Below, one piece after another: positions 13,421-27,172 of a stretch of DNA of 64,000 bases. The notes under the pieces are model-generated. The model ran no database searches, was not told the DNA's origin, and saw only the letters and a list, made by a program, of their open reading frames with translations. Origin of the DNA: Podarcis bocagei. Lineage: Eukaryota. Each line of letters begins with the position of its first letter. The stretch's first letter is position 1. A program made the position numbers and the translations under genes. The stretch lies in the NCBI GenBank assembly GCA_964188305.1, contig OZ076894.1; one strand, written 5' to 3'.

Positions 13421-13896
13421 CATCTCAGTCCTAGTGTCTAGCAATACTACTACTTTGAGACAGGCTTAGGGTCCTGGTCTAGGTCCATTCTGGAGTCCAT
13501 GTTTAATTTTATGTGTGTTCAAACTATTAATCCATTTGCTCTGGATAATTTCTGGAGGAGAGTTAGGTGGTGTTTCACCAAGCCCTAGCTATCTTACATG
13601 GCAATGTAAACACACATTTGATTTTTCAATACTTCTATCCTCAAACGTACTATGTTCATGATCACTGTCTTTTTTATTTTTAGTGTTTAATTGCAAAGGA
13701 ATAAAACTTTCAGGTATAAAAACTGAATAGCTGTGGTGTATTTTTTTTTAATTAGCATATTGTGGAATATCTGCAGTCCGTAATAAGGCTGCCCAGAGTG
13801 TAGCATTCACATAAGCTCTGTTCTTGTTGAAGGGAATTGGGGATTGTGCTCAAAAGTAATGATCCTTGTGGTTGTTCATGTAATAACTTTTCATAA

Positions 13897-13897
<1 letters not shown>

Positions 13898-13946
<49 letters not shown>
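13898..13946. repeat. (TA)n microsatellite
   Basis: Perfect dinucleotide run. Confidence 0.95.
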
Positions 13947-13948
<2 letters not shown>

Positions 13949-15742
13949 TGTTATAGAAGTCTTACTGGAAATCAGCAGTAAACTCTGAACATCTTGGGTG
14001 AAATCGGCATATCTGCCGATATCATAGGGGGATTAAAAATATGAATTGTCCTCTTTTGCAGATTTAATTTCTGCAAGGCACTGATTTAGTTATTTTTTAT
14101 TTATTTACTACAAATATTTAATAATGATTCTTAGTCTTGACTGCTAATTGTAAAGGCTTTTTAAAAAACGACAACAACACACACATACACACATAATGGA
14201 TCAGTCAATAAAAGGTTCATATTCATTGTATATTGTTAATTTCCATGAATATATCTCCTCTGTATCTCAGCTCTGTCGCAGAAAGTGTAGCAAGGCTCCA
14301 ACCCCCTTGGTGAGAATGGGATTGTGGGTATACTATTCATTTGGTATGTTCACTTGGTATGCCTTTCTTTCTTTTTTAATCCAATTTCTGCTTTTTCAAT
14401 TAGTTGTGTTGACATGGTACTCTTCCTTTCCAGATCAAGATTGACAGGTTTAAAACTCACACATGGAACTTTAAAATGTCCCTTTAAAGAAATGGCTTTA
14501 TTTGGCTGTTTTCCTGTCATAGTTTAGTGGTAGAGTTGTGTTTTTAAGCCATTACTTCAAACTATTTTCCTTTGGCTTTGGGGGCTCTTAGCAAGATCAA
14601 GCTGTTTTGGGGGCTAACAACACTTTGTGATGGCTGTTTCTTTTGAGTGCGAACAAAAACCAATATGTACACAGCATATGAGAATATTGAAAATCAATTT
14701 CAAATAAAACTGATGCAGAAAACTGTCAGTTATGGAACTCAAGGTAGCATATACAGGATTCTCATGTGGGCATTGCTCCAAGAACAGAAATTCCTTACAT
14801 TTGGTAGAGCTACTGCACATGTTCCTTCCCACTGTTCCCTTCGGCCACAGAACAAATAGTTATTTCTGGCGACTTATAAATATTGTACATATGTTTTCCT
14901 AAATGAGTGTGAGTTCCATAGTAGGGCACTATGGTTTCAAACCACAGCGTGTTCAGAATTGCCAGCTAATTTTGCCTTTAAACAAATTATCGGCTGAACT
15001 TGGTGATTCCTGCTCTGGAAAAAAAAATCCAATTAATTTGAAGGAAAGCAATAAGTCAATTAAAATTTGTCAGTTGGCAGGGACTTGTGAGATGATGTGC
15101 ATATGTTCTACTGGGGAATACTGGACTATATTGATGCAGGTTTTTAGTTTAGTTGTGTTGCTGTCTGATTCTCACACGTTTTTGTTAAGTAAATTCTAAA
15201 GGGTAGTTAAAGCCAGTGATGGTTTTCCGAAAGAAAACCTTGGAAAATTCTCTGGTGCTCTAGAGAGGGATCTAATGTAGTATTTTTAGAAGTTAGTCAG
15301 AGAACAGCGGTACCCCAGATCCTTGGGTGCCAGATTTCCCCCTCTAGATTCTTGAGTGTTGAGGTCTAATCAGAACTGTCAGGCTGAGCTTGTTTTTCCA
15401 CCATGTACAAGAAAAAAAGGCCCTACAGGTAACCAAGGTGGCAAGGTGGCCAGGGCAACGTGGGCATGTTGTCACTCATGGAAATTGTCACCCTTTAAAA
15501 CTAGGCTTGCAATAGTGCGTAGAATGGGAGGAGCTGCTTAGCAAGGGGTTTTCCAGGAGGGAGAAGCATGAAATAGGTCAAACTCCATGTTGGGACTAAG
15601 GTCAGAACCATCTTGGTGGGCTGGCTGAAGGGAGGCTGGGACAGAGACACAGAATCTGTCTTGGAATCTGATGCAGCTATGGGAACAAGTGCCTTTTGAG
15701 ATGTGAACACTAAGTTATGCACTTCCTCCGTGTGTGCAATAA

Positions 15743-15924
15743 AGAGCTGTTCGGCAGTGGAATTTGCTGCCAAGGAGTGTGATGGAGTCTCCTACTTTGG
15801 AGGTCTTTAAGCAGAGGCTTGACAACCATATGTCAGGAGTGCTCTGATGGTGTTTCCTGCTTGGCAGGGGGTTGGACTCGATCGCCCTTGTGGTCTCTTC
15901 CAACTCTATGATTCTATGATTCTA
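15743..15924 (+). mobile_element. CR1 LINE 3' end
   Basis: Ends in ctctatgattctatgattcta; nearly identical (inverted) to 22475-22655. Confidence 0.9.
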
Positions 15925-16491
15925 TTTCTTAAAGAGTGAGTGCCTGGAAGCCCCTGGAATCTTCCTACTGCTCAGCAGTGATTGAGAGTGGTGCACGGCC
16001 TTTCTAATAGTATGTTTAGTTTGCTTGTGCTTAATATATAGAGGTAAAATAGAAGCTGTCAAAGCTTTCCTAATATCTACTTGCAATTGGCATCCGTTAT
16101 TTGTTACTAGTGAATTTTTGAAATGGAAAATTGTCTGTGCAAAAACAAAGCACTGATTGCAACCAAACCACAACAGGGTGCTTGCGACTTCTAAAAGACT
16201 AACAATGTTATTATAACATAAGCTTCCTCCAGTCCTCAAAGTGCTCATATATCACTGCTGATTAATATTAAAACACAAGCAAATATACGTCAAAGATCCT
16301 GATCACAATCTCATATATCTAGTTTGGCCTTAGATTATCAGTTTTGGTGTAGTTTGTGTGTGTGTGTTGGATATTGGCTGAAATCCTCTGTGCATTTGTC
16401 TAGGAGTAAGCACCACTGAACACAGTGGAACTGATTTCTTTTTAAAGGTATAAGGTTCATTGTTAAGCTGCATATATGCTTCATTACATCT

Positions 16492-16494
<3 letters not shown>

Positions 16495-16527
<33 letters not shown>

Positions 16528-16532
16528 GTGTG
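16495..16532. repeat. (TG)n microsatellite
   Basis: Dinucleotide run. Confidence 0.9.
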
Positions 16533-17440
16533 CCTGCACACATAATATCCACAACTTGCTCATCTCTAAACTTGAAGAGGTGATGATGGCAACATTATGG
16601 GCTGAATTTTGCCCAGTGTCACCAGTCACTTGTATGCAAGTATTTGTATATTTCCAAAATACAAATTTTGGGCATGTGTTAGGAGTGAGGGACGCTTGAG
16701 AAAATTTGCAATTCAATAATTAAAAGCCACGATTCACTGTTGGGAGGAAATACCATTTTGATATATTTGTTTTCATTCCCTGTTATGGTCACACACACAA
16801 ACCAAAGTAGCCTGCTCAAATACGGTACATGTTTGCCTGTGATGCTAAGATGAACAAATTAAAAGATACCACAATAGATTAAAATTGGCCCGTACCAATT
16901 ACTCAACGAAAGTTGTAGCAGGTCAATTCATTCCTTAATGCTTGCAGCTCATTAAAAAAAATAGTATATAGAGAGATGCACACAAAGACATTTTGAAACA
17001 TGGACCTGTGATCCCTGCCATTTTATAAAATGTATTCCATTATTTAGTTAGGTCCATTCATTTCAGTGGATCTACTCAGTCGTCTATTATTTTCACAGGG
17101 TCTACTCTGCATAGATCTAACATCAAATTACACACTTTCTTCTTTCTTCTTTCTTTTCGACGCAACAAAAAACACCTGAATTTGGGCTGCTGTGTGGCTA
17201 TTTTAATATTAGCACCTCTAAATAGTAATAATGAATTTATTACTGCTCTTTGGGCATAGTGCCATGAAGAATCCTTCCAAGTCAGTAGACTTCAAGACTA
17301 ATTTGCTCTGATTATCAGGGGGAATTACTTTGTCAGACTTTCTTGCTCACTTATGCAAGGACAGACTTGTTAGTTCCAACTCATTTACTTTATGTGGGAT
17401 GAAAGGTGAATGCAACAAAAGTGGCCAAGGAAGCCTCAAG

Positions 17441-17487
<47 letters not shown>

Positions 17488-17498
17488 TCATTCTTTCA
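17441..17498. repeat. (CTTT)n microsatellite
   Basis: Tetranucleotide run. Confidence 0.95.
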
Positions 17499-18082
17499 TT
17501 CTTTTACATGAAGCACTAGATGTTAGTTGCACATGCCGTCAGCAGGATAAAATGCCACAGCTATGCTCTTAAAAGATGTCAGATTGCTTACTCCATCAAG
17601 TAAGGCCATTCCTTCAGGCCCATCAAGGAAATGGATGGAGCCAAGTGTACGTTGAGCTTCCCAGTCAAAGGATGCAGCGGAAAAATCCCATCAGAAACCT
17701 GTCCTCCTTACGGAGAGTTTTCTAATGCAATGAGACAGGGCGCACATTAGTAGATGGGGAAAGATGGTGACGATCCCATGAAGGATGATCTGTGCATGGT
17801 AATAGCTTTTCTGCATGCTCATCTTGCTGGAAAGGGAATAAGGATTGTTTGTCTCCAGCCCCCTTGGGCTGCAAGATTCATGCTTGCTCTGCTCTACAAA
17901 AAAACAGCAGAATGCAATGAAAGACTCCTGTCTTTGCAGCGTGCCTGCTACCAACCTTCACACTCCTTCCAGCAGGCAATGAATGTGAATCAGGGGCTGT
18001 CCGAAACCCAGTGTATAGCAACAAACTCGCAAGTAAGGTGGGGTGAATTGTTGAGCCCAACAATTAAGCATTTCTACATGCA

Positions 18083-18420
18083 GGGCTGTGGGTGGCGCTG
18101 TGGGTTAAACCACAGAGCCTAGGACTTGCCAATCAGAAGGTTGGCGGTTCGAATCCCCGCGACAGGGTGAGCTCCCATTGCTCGGTCCCTGCTTCTGCCA
18201 ACCTAGCAGTTTGAAAGCATGTCAAGTGCAAGTAGGTAAATAGGTACTGCTGCAGCGGGAAGGTAAACAGTGTTTCCATGCACTGCTCTGGTTTGCCAGA
18301 AGTGGCTTAGTCATGCTGGCCACATGACCCGGAAGCTGTATGCCGGCTCCCTCAGCCAATAAAGCAAGATGAGCGCTGCAACCCCAGAGTCGGATATGAC
18401 TTGACCTTTACCTTTTACTT
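18083..18420 (+). mobile_element. Sauria SINE, full length
   Basis: Head gggtggcgctgtgggttaaac, B box ggttcgaatccc, (ACCTTT)-type tail; flanking duplication tacatgcagggc at 18075-18086 and 18421-18432. Confidence 0.92.
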
Positions 18421-21400
18421 TACATGCAGGGCAGGTTCCCAGTATTGTAGATACAAATGCTTCCCTCTCCAGGTCTGTCATCAGCCCTTGCACCTCACAA
18501 AATGAGATGTACCTGATCTGGGGTCCTGTGAGGGCTGACTGGGATTTTTTTTTTTTTAAAGAAATCAAGGGCATTGCTGCTGAAATGCCACCTTTTCATT
18601 CCTTAGTCCACTCCTGCTGCTCAACACGCTACCGTTGTTCAGCCCAGCAGGGAAACACAGGATTAAGGAGGACTGGAGATGGGGCAGAGGTTTTGCTGGC
18701 TGCTGTGATCCTATCAACAGAAGTTGGTCCCATGGTTCCAACTCTCTCTTCCCCAAACAGCATCATAGAACATCTGAAAGGAATTTACCGTGTTAGGCTG
18801 CAGGCACAGAACCAACAAAAGGCTTCCGGGTGCAATTCTGCCAATCTTACTGCCCTTATTAAGCCTTGCAGAAACTCTTAGCTGATATTTTCATATAGCC
18901 CCTTGATGACATGCCCTGTTATTTCAAACTGAAAAGAAGGCACCACAGTCCCAAACATCTGCAAAGCACCAAATTGGCTGCAGTATCTGCCAGACCAGTC
19001 ATGCTTCTGTGAATCATTTGCTTTGCGCCAGACTAAGATGTGTCCAGAGCATTAAGCATACTCAATATGGCAGGCTGGTTTGGATAGTGCTGGGCCAGTT
19101 TCCATTATAAGAAGTAACACAGAGAACTGTGAACAGAACTTTTTGAATCTAATATGTATTGCTATGGGTAGGCCACTTTTAAGGGTACTTGATCCATACA
19201 ATTCATTCCTTTACAACTCATAGTGGTTAGCATTTATGACTTCAAAATATAGTGCCAAACTTCAGAATGCTTTTCTGTTTTCTTTGTATGGGGTTTCTAG
19301 AATTGCATTTGAGAAGGGCAGATCAACTAAATCAGAAGGTTTAGGAGTATTCTAGCGGAAGCCACAGAATCACGTTTAGGTGAAATGTAGGGGAAAGTTT
19401 TAATTTTATTTTACGAACCTTCAGATTTGGGGGGGTGGAAAAAACGTTCACTATGGGACTGTGTTTCTTGAAATAGGAGATTAAGGGAAGAATGAGATGC
19501 ATGGTGTAGAAACTTTGTACCCATTGATACTATCCTTAATGGACAATAGCCAGATGGCAGCTCATGAACCAGTGTTCATCTTTCACAAATAGATGATTGA
19601 ATTAGTGCTAAAGTTTCCTAAATGACTAGAGAATGAAGATTCTCAGGTAAATCAAACAGGAGACAGGTTTTCATTTGTTCTGTAGCACACACAAACACAC
19701 TACTTCTCACTGCCATTACAGTGCTCAAACCAAACCCAATCACCATTATGAGGTGATTATTGTCTTGTTTCTCTCTTCTGGATTATATTCCTCATTAAAA
19801 ACAAAAATTGAGCCAAAAAGTCATATTCACATAAGCAATATTATTACTGCATGTTCTTTCCCAAAATATCTTCTGTGCTTTTCCAGTTATAAATTTGTGT
19901 TAGGAGAGGAATAATGATTAAACTAAAGCCTTCCTCGTGATCAAAAGAAATGTCAAGACTTTGGCTTGGATCCTGTGGGTGCAATTCTAACCTCGTTTGC
20001 CTAGGTGTAAGCCCCATTAAATTCATTAGGACTTGCGTCTGAGTAGACAGGGTTCAGATTGTGCTGCAAGATGTTCCCTGATTTTAGGATCCAAGCCAAA
20101 TGAAGATTATGGAAGGAAAATTTCCTGTCTTCTCCCCACCTCAGCAGCCCCTTGTGTCCCTCGGACATGTCCTTTTGGGTTGAGGGGTTAGCTGGCCCTC
20201 CTGAACAATATGGGGTGGGGTGAAGAGTTCTAGGGATGGGCATATATGCACATTTTGGTTTCTCTAGCAATCTCCCTCACCAACCATTGAAAATATGTTG
20301 GCATTTTGGCAACAATCTGTTCTTCATTGTAGCCTGATCCTAGGTTGTATTTTGTCATCACAACGGAGTATGACAGAATGTTAAGTGTTTGGGACAGTCA
20401 GAAAGTTGAGAGGTGACTTTATATTGATGTAAATTGGGAGGTGTCAGAGGAACCAACCCCCAGGGCAGGTTGCCAGGAACAGATGAGACAAGGAAAAGTC
20501 CTTACCATCTGCTCTTTATTCAATATTGTGACTACATTATTATATGAGCACTGTTCGACAGCATTTGATATTTTCATTTACCTACATTCATTTGAAATGA
20601 GATGGGTTTATGAAGCAATTCTATATCCTCCCACCACGCTGATGAAGAATTCTACCAAACAGTAGTCAATATCCGGAATCACTGTTCAGTGTTGGACATC
20701 ATATTTTCTGAATGCACAAAGCTTCACAGCTTATCTTTCATCGTACAAAGTCTGGTACCTCGCTTCACTTAAAGATTTTCAGAGACTTTGGGACTAAAGA
20801 TTTCATTTTGTACTTGTTATGGTTTGAAGGAATTCTATAAAGATTGTCTGTTGCGTATGTACATGGTCATCGTGTTGCCTAGACATTGCTGACTTTGTTC
20901 AGTATTCACAAAGAGAAGCTTGGGAATGCAGCCTCTCAGAATAATGGTGTCGTCCCGAGTAAATCTCAACCCCACTTTCCTCCCACTCCCTCATTCGTTG
21001 TTATCATCACCTCCTCTATGGTTGTAGCTTAGGGACATCTGTCTCCAAACATCTTTGCTCTCCTACTTTTAAGGCTCACCGGGTTCTGGGAGATGCTGGG
21101 TCTGGAAGGCTTTCTAGTGATAAAGTGTCAGCCACCTGCTCCGGCTCTGCCTCCTCCTCTCCCATTATTTCCCAACTTTCCCCCACATCTTCCTCTGAGC
21201 TGTGACCTCCCTCAGACCCCTGTTGTAAGTCTGATCTTTCTTCTACTTCTCTGGAAGGGTCAGGCTGGGGAGGCAGTCTCCACCATTCCTCCTCTGCCTC
21301 GTCCCTGACAGGAGTTGACTTTCAATTGATGTATTCCTTCATTGAAATGGGTTGGGCTACATGACCCTCAGAGTCCCTCTACATTTTTATGCTTCTACAT

Positions 21401-22011
21401 ATATGTGGATGGATTATTTAATTATCTACTGTGTTGCTATCTATTTTACGGTATGGGATTCTGACTGCTGAGAAAATGGAAATATGCTTTCTCTCTTCTT
21501 CATCTGCATTAGTGCCTTTAATTTGCAAGAATAATTGCATAGTTTACATTCCATTTGTACATCTGTCATCACTTTGATTTCATCTCTTTGCATCAGGTGG
21601 TGTAAAAATTAAACGTAGCCAAGTTCCTTTGAGAGTTATCCATCTTGTAAGGGTTTTTGTTTTGTTTTGTTTTGTTCTCGTCTTGCTTTCTCTCTCTCTT
21701 CCACACACAAACACACACACACACACAAACAAACGCACACGTCTTGTAAATTGTTTCAAAGCTTTTCCTGTTTATTAGATGTCATCTATTGTGTCACAGT
21801 CTTTTACTTTTAGATGTTTCAATTATGCAGGAACAAGGTGCATTTGCTCTGCATTTTTCGCAGGGACCTGGTTTCCATTTGCCACCTCAGCTTTGCATAA
21901 CAGTCACCTATTTTTAACTTCAAAACACCCCGCACCCCATGAATTGTTATAATGCAGCTCCTTGATTCTAGCCTTCCAGATTTTACTTAAGCCACAGGAT
22001 AATAGGCTCAG

Positions 22012-22012
<1 letters not shown>

Positions 22013-22085
<73 letters not shown>
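22013..22085. repeat. Compound (GT)n(GA)n microsatellite
   Basis: Direct observation. Confidence 0.95.
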
Positions 22086-22088
<3 letters not shown>

Positions 22089-22472
22089 TTATGGCCTTTG
22101 GAGATACATTGGTGCACAGCAGTATATTTTTAAATTTAATTATTTATGAGCTCTGTTTTATTGGAGAAGTGTATCTATTTTCAGGAAATCTTCCATTTGC
22201 CATATATATATAGTCAGTGGCCTTTTATTTTTAACTGGCATCCTGCAGCCAAAGATTTCACCTGATATTTTGAACCTGTCACTGAAATCCGGTCCTTGCC
22301 ATTTACCTCCTGTCCTGAATCATTTGCATCTGAGTTCCTGTTTTTTATCCACACAGCCCCTTCTATCTCCAGGCTCTGGTTTATCTGGTTTTCCCCTCCA
22401 GCTTCCCATACCTCTGTAGCTTATTGACTACCATCTCCTTCCTCCTTCATTGCTAACCATTATAATTGTTAT

Positions 22473-22945
22473 TAGAATCATAGAATCATAGAGTTGGAAG
22501 AGACCACAAGAGCCATCGAGTCCAACCCCCTGCCAAGCAGGAAACACCATCAGAGCACTCCTGACATATGGTTGTCAAGCCTCTGCTTAAAGACCTCCAA
22601 AGCAGGAGACTCCACCACACTCCTTGGCAGCAAATTCCACTGTCGAACAGCTCTTACTGTCAGGAAGTTCTTCCTAATGTTTAGGTGGAATCTTCTTTCT
22701 TGTAGTTTGGATCCATTGCTCCATGTCCGCTTCTCTGGAGCAGCAGAAAACAACCTTTCTCCCTCCTCTATGTGACATCCTTTTATATATTTGAACATGG
22801 CTATCATATCACCCCTTAACCTCCTCTTCTCCAGGCTAAACATGCCCAGCTCCCTTAGCCGTTCCTCATAAGGCATCGTTTCCAGACCTTTGACCATTTT
22901 GGTTGCCCTCCTCTGGACACCTTCCAGTTTGTCAGTGTCCTTCTT
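22473..22945 (-). mobile_element. CR1 LINE, 5'-truncated, young subfamily
   Basis: ORF 22550-22897 [40 protein letters not shown]...WNLLP.SVVESP is the CR1 ORF2 C-terminus; tagaatcatagaatcata tail. Confidence 0.92.
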
Positions 22946-23244
22946 CTCTATTTATCATAACCATTTTATGCCACCTTCCCTCCAAGGAATTCAAGGGGGT
23001 GCACATGGTTATCAGCCTCCCTATTTTATTCCAGAATGTTCAGCAGGGTCCACAAAGGCAGTGTAGCTGGTGTATCATCTAAAGGAGATGGGGGGGTACC
23101 ATTGAGACCGGGGTCTAAGATTACATAACTACACCACCTGAATACATTTGTTATCCATTGTACAATCTGTTCCAGTTTGGGATATGAACACCCTACATGC
23201 AGGAATAAAAATAGCAGAAGAGTGTGGTTTATAGATTTGATATC

Positions 23245-23545
23245 TAGAGGGCTCTGCCGTGGAAGATGGAGCAAGCTTGTTTTTCCTTGCTCCAGAGAGT
23301 AGGACCCAAACCAATGAATTCAAGTTACAAGAAAGAAGATTTCGAATAAACTTCAGGAAGAGCTTTCTGACAGTCAGAGCTGTTCAACAGTGGAACAGTC
23401 TCCCTCAGATGGTGGTGAACTCTCCTCCATTGGAACTTTCAAAGTGGTTGGGTGGCCATGTGTCATGGATGCTTTAGTTGAGATTGCAGGGGCTTGGACC
23501 AAATGACCATCAGAGTCCATTCCAACCCTACAGTTCTATGATTCT
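23245..23545 (+). mobile_element. CR1 LINE 3' fragment, older
   Basis: ORF 23259-23477 APESRTQTNEFKLQERRFRINFRKSFLTVRAVQQWNSLP; ends in ttctatgattct. Confidence 0.85.
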
Positions 23546-23943
23546 CTGGAAATGATTATTATTATTTTGCTAGAAACCTTCTCTGAAATAATACTTGATA
23601 TATAAGGCTCCTCAGAACTTTGTTTTGGGAAACTTTGAATAATAATTGGTTGTTCTGTGTGGTGCCGTTAGCCCTGTTCATATTTCACACATGCAGCTGC
23701 AAATATGTGCTTCTGCTTTCATCCCAACATCGTCTGACTTTTGGATATTCAGGGCAGAATCCTGGAAAGGGACCTCACACAAAAGGTGGTGTTGCTTTCT
23801 GCAGACCTCTGCACTCAGCACACGAGAGATGGTTTTGGTGCTGGGGCAGAACTGCAACTTCAAGCAGAAAGCCAGAAGCATTCCCTCACTTCTTCTTCTG
23901 CACATGACTCACCCACCCCTGGGTACATGTGTGAATGGGATTA

Positions 23944-24193
23944 CAGCCGTACCATGGAAGCTGAACGCCTTGCGACTCTAACATTTTGACTCCCAAGCAC
24001 CGCAAACCCAGAAGTGAGTGTTCCAGTTTGCAAATGTTCTTTGGAAGCAGAAAGTCAGACACAGCTTCCGTGGCTTCCGATTGCGTGCAGGAAGCTCCTG
24101 CAGCCAATTGGAAGCCACGCCTTGGTTATCGAACATTTTGGAAGTTGAACGGACTTCCGGCACGGATTCCGTTCAGCTTTCAAGCTACAGCTG
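23944..24193. mobile_element. pogo/Tigger-type MITE (family B)
   Basis: TA|CAGCCGTACC ... GCTACAGCTG|TA; internal aaacccagaagtgagtgttcc shared with 45695-45920 and 54039-54272. Confidence 0.8.
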
Positions 24194-25681
24194 TATTGTT
24201 AAGTGTCACAAGTAGCAGATCAGTAATGACATCTCTTGAATTTGGTTAGGGATTTCTGAACATGGGTTTGTATCCACTGAAGACATGTAGAGTAGACCCA
24301 TTGAAATGGATTAGTCAATACTTCTGCTTTCAATACCCTAAGATTAAGGGCTCATCCAGACTCCTGCTTGCCCCAGGGAAAATCCAATCTTTACTACTGA
24401 ATCAGAGCAAACTTCAATGGAGTTTTCTGCAGGTTGATGTTTGCTCAGATTCATCGCTAAAGGCCGTGTTTTCCTGGGGAAAGTGGTGTGGCAAATAGAA
24501 AGCTGCCTGTGCCCATGTCTAGAAAGCAAGAGAGAAACAAGAAATTGTTTGAACCCATGCTTTCGAAGCACAGGACAAGCAAAAGTGTGGACAAGCTCTT
24601 AGTCTTATGCAGTACAAAGTCACTAATCAATAAGGTCATTCTAATTTCTCATTTACATGAGCCAGTTTTCCTCTAAAACTTTGTTCCAGTATTTGCTTGT
24701 ATTTGGTTCAGCCTCTTCTAGCCTGACCTCTTTTTTCCTGAAGACATTGAACGAGCATTATTTTTTCATGATGGTTTCAACAGGGTTTAATATAAATTAT
24801 CTATAAAAAATTCAGGAAGGGTCATTTCAAGTTTTGCCAGTTCCTGATGATTTACAGACATTTGACCATTCATGCTGGCTGGCGATATTTATCTGCTGCC
24901 CTTAAACTGCAGTTTGAATGTCATGCACAAACTGTAGTTTTAACAAACCAAGAAGTATCCTCTGAAGCCAAGCATGTGGGAGAAGGGAGGGGAGAGAATC
25001 AAATGCTCAAATTCATTGCTCGTTCCTCATCCAGGAACATAACATCTAACCCATGGCAGTGCCTGTGATGGAAGTACTTTGAATTGAGCTTCAAAGCAAA
25101 ACGATAAGGATCCCTTTTGGTATAAATGAACTCATAGTGTTTGTACAAATGCACACGTATCACAAGAGCATTTTTTGCCAATAATCTTCATCATATGCCA
25201 CCGAATGGTCTCCATTCCACACCACCCTGTAATGCAATGTTATAACCTTTCTATTTTTAAAACTCTATTCCAGCAGTTCATATTACAGGCTTCAATTTTG
25301 TATTCTGCCTCCTCCGTCTACTATATGCTATACTGTTGCTGTGCTTGTTTTGATTTACTTGCTCTGGGTTACGACCCTTTTCATTAGAGCTGACTGCTTA
25401 ATTAAGTTTCCAATTGTTTTTGCTCTGTCTCCGCTGCCCTAGCTCTCCAAATGAAATAACAAAAGTGCAGCTATCATACTCTGGTTCTTGTCTTATCAAT
25501 TATATTTTCCTCTTACCATTTGTTTCACTCTTTTTTTTTCATTAGCTGTGCACTTTACAAGATGTTAATTTTCAGACACTTTGGAGATGCTAGACATTAA
25601 TTCACATTGATCACGCACTCACAGGATTCTGTTTATATGGGAGCAGCAACCAACCTCAAATCTCTCCACAGGCACTCTCAG

Positions 25682-26075
25682 CTAGGGACCGGTAAATCTG
25701 TCAATTTTGGTTTCTCATTTTTCCAGTTTTCAATTTATTCCGCTGAATTTCCTCATCTATTTGCAGTTCATAAAAAAAGTCCTCATGAAAATGTAACAGC
25801 ATTTAGTGCAAGTTTTCTCTAATGTGTACACTTTTGCAATGCAATTGCCCCTAAAACAATGGTTTTAGCTGTGTTATTGTTAGTAATGAATGCATTTTTA
25901 TTAACATTTTACCCCGGTATATGCATTTCTTTTTTTCATATTACTTGACTGGATAACTGTATTGCAAAATTCAGCTATGTACAAATTTCAGTGAGTAATT
26001 ACTTTTCAGTTCTCATATTGTTTTGGAGACTTAGGTAGGTGGGCACTTAAATACAAACCAAATCAGATTTCTAGT
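25682..26075. mobile_element. Non-autonomous DNA-transposon-like repeat, same family as 7092-7524, inverted
   Basis: Reverse-complement similarity to 48620-48800 and 7330-7500. Confidence 0.45.
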
Positions 26076-27116
26076 AGGTTCATCATAAAGCGTGGACAGG
26101 AAGCCTGTTACCTTCTAGAAGTTATTGGACTACAACTTTCATTGTCTTGACCATTTTCCATGCTCATTGAGGCCAATGGCATCTGGAGTTCATCATTGTC
26201 TGTGGAGTTGCATGTCCCTCACCTAGATACCCCCACTGATTAAACTGAAGCCTCTGAAATTCTACTGTCCCAAGCAGCCACCTGAATTGAATTGAACTGG
26301 GCCAGTATGAAGTCTGAAGTGGAATGACCCAGCATTTTCCTTATTAAATTCCTGACTCCTCATGACTTGTCAGTCCAAACCTGATTAGATTGAAAGATCT
26401 CTTGGCAGAAAGCATGCCATTTTGCAGCTCTGTTCCGTGCTTACCCCACAGTCGATGATATATAAGGTTAAACAGAAGTCATAGTATAGAAGAACCTTTA
26501 ACAGATAAAGTCAAGTTTCAAATTGCTACCTGCCAATCATGAGGTTAAACCTACACTGGGTCAACTGCCTATCCCACTGTTTTCCCTGTAACTGACTATA
26601 GAGCAAGAAGACAGAAAATACCTGTATCTAATAATGTGTCGCCAATAGAATAGCAATTAAATTAGGGAGAAAAGGTGTCGGAGAACCTTTCTGAAATACA
26701 GTATATGTGTTGTAATTTATAAATAGATCAATTGCTAATCTACCATTTGCTATTTAACCAAAACAACAACAACTGAAAGCCTAGGCTCTAGGAACTCCAT
26801 TATACCAAATGAGCCATCTCTAATGGGCTTTTTGTATTTACATTATTGCAAAGAAAAGACCTGATGTTTCAGAACTTGACTTCACAGTTACAGGCAAAAT
26901 AAGTCTCTCTCTCTTTATAGGTATGAGCATGCCTGATTTTGTAGCTGCAGAATTTTGTAAAAGCTTAGAGTGGTTCAAACTAGGATTCTATGACATCTGG
27001 GAAAATTTCTTAGTCCCATCAAAATGCCTTTGAATTCCTTGTATGCTTTGCATGAGATGAGTTCCCCAAAATTCAAAAAGGCAAAAACCTGTGAAGCCTA
27101 GACAAGTTACTGAGAG

Positions 27117-27118
27117 AT

Positions 27119-27157
<39 letters not shown>

Positions 27158-27172
27158 GATAGATAGATAGAT
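27117..27172. repeat. (GATA)n microsatellite
   Basis: Tetranucleotide run. Confidence 0.95.

Noticed and set aside
20639-20680. Hammerhead-like CTGATGA motif
   Set aside because: No downstream GAAA box or closing stems
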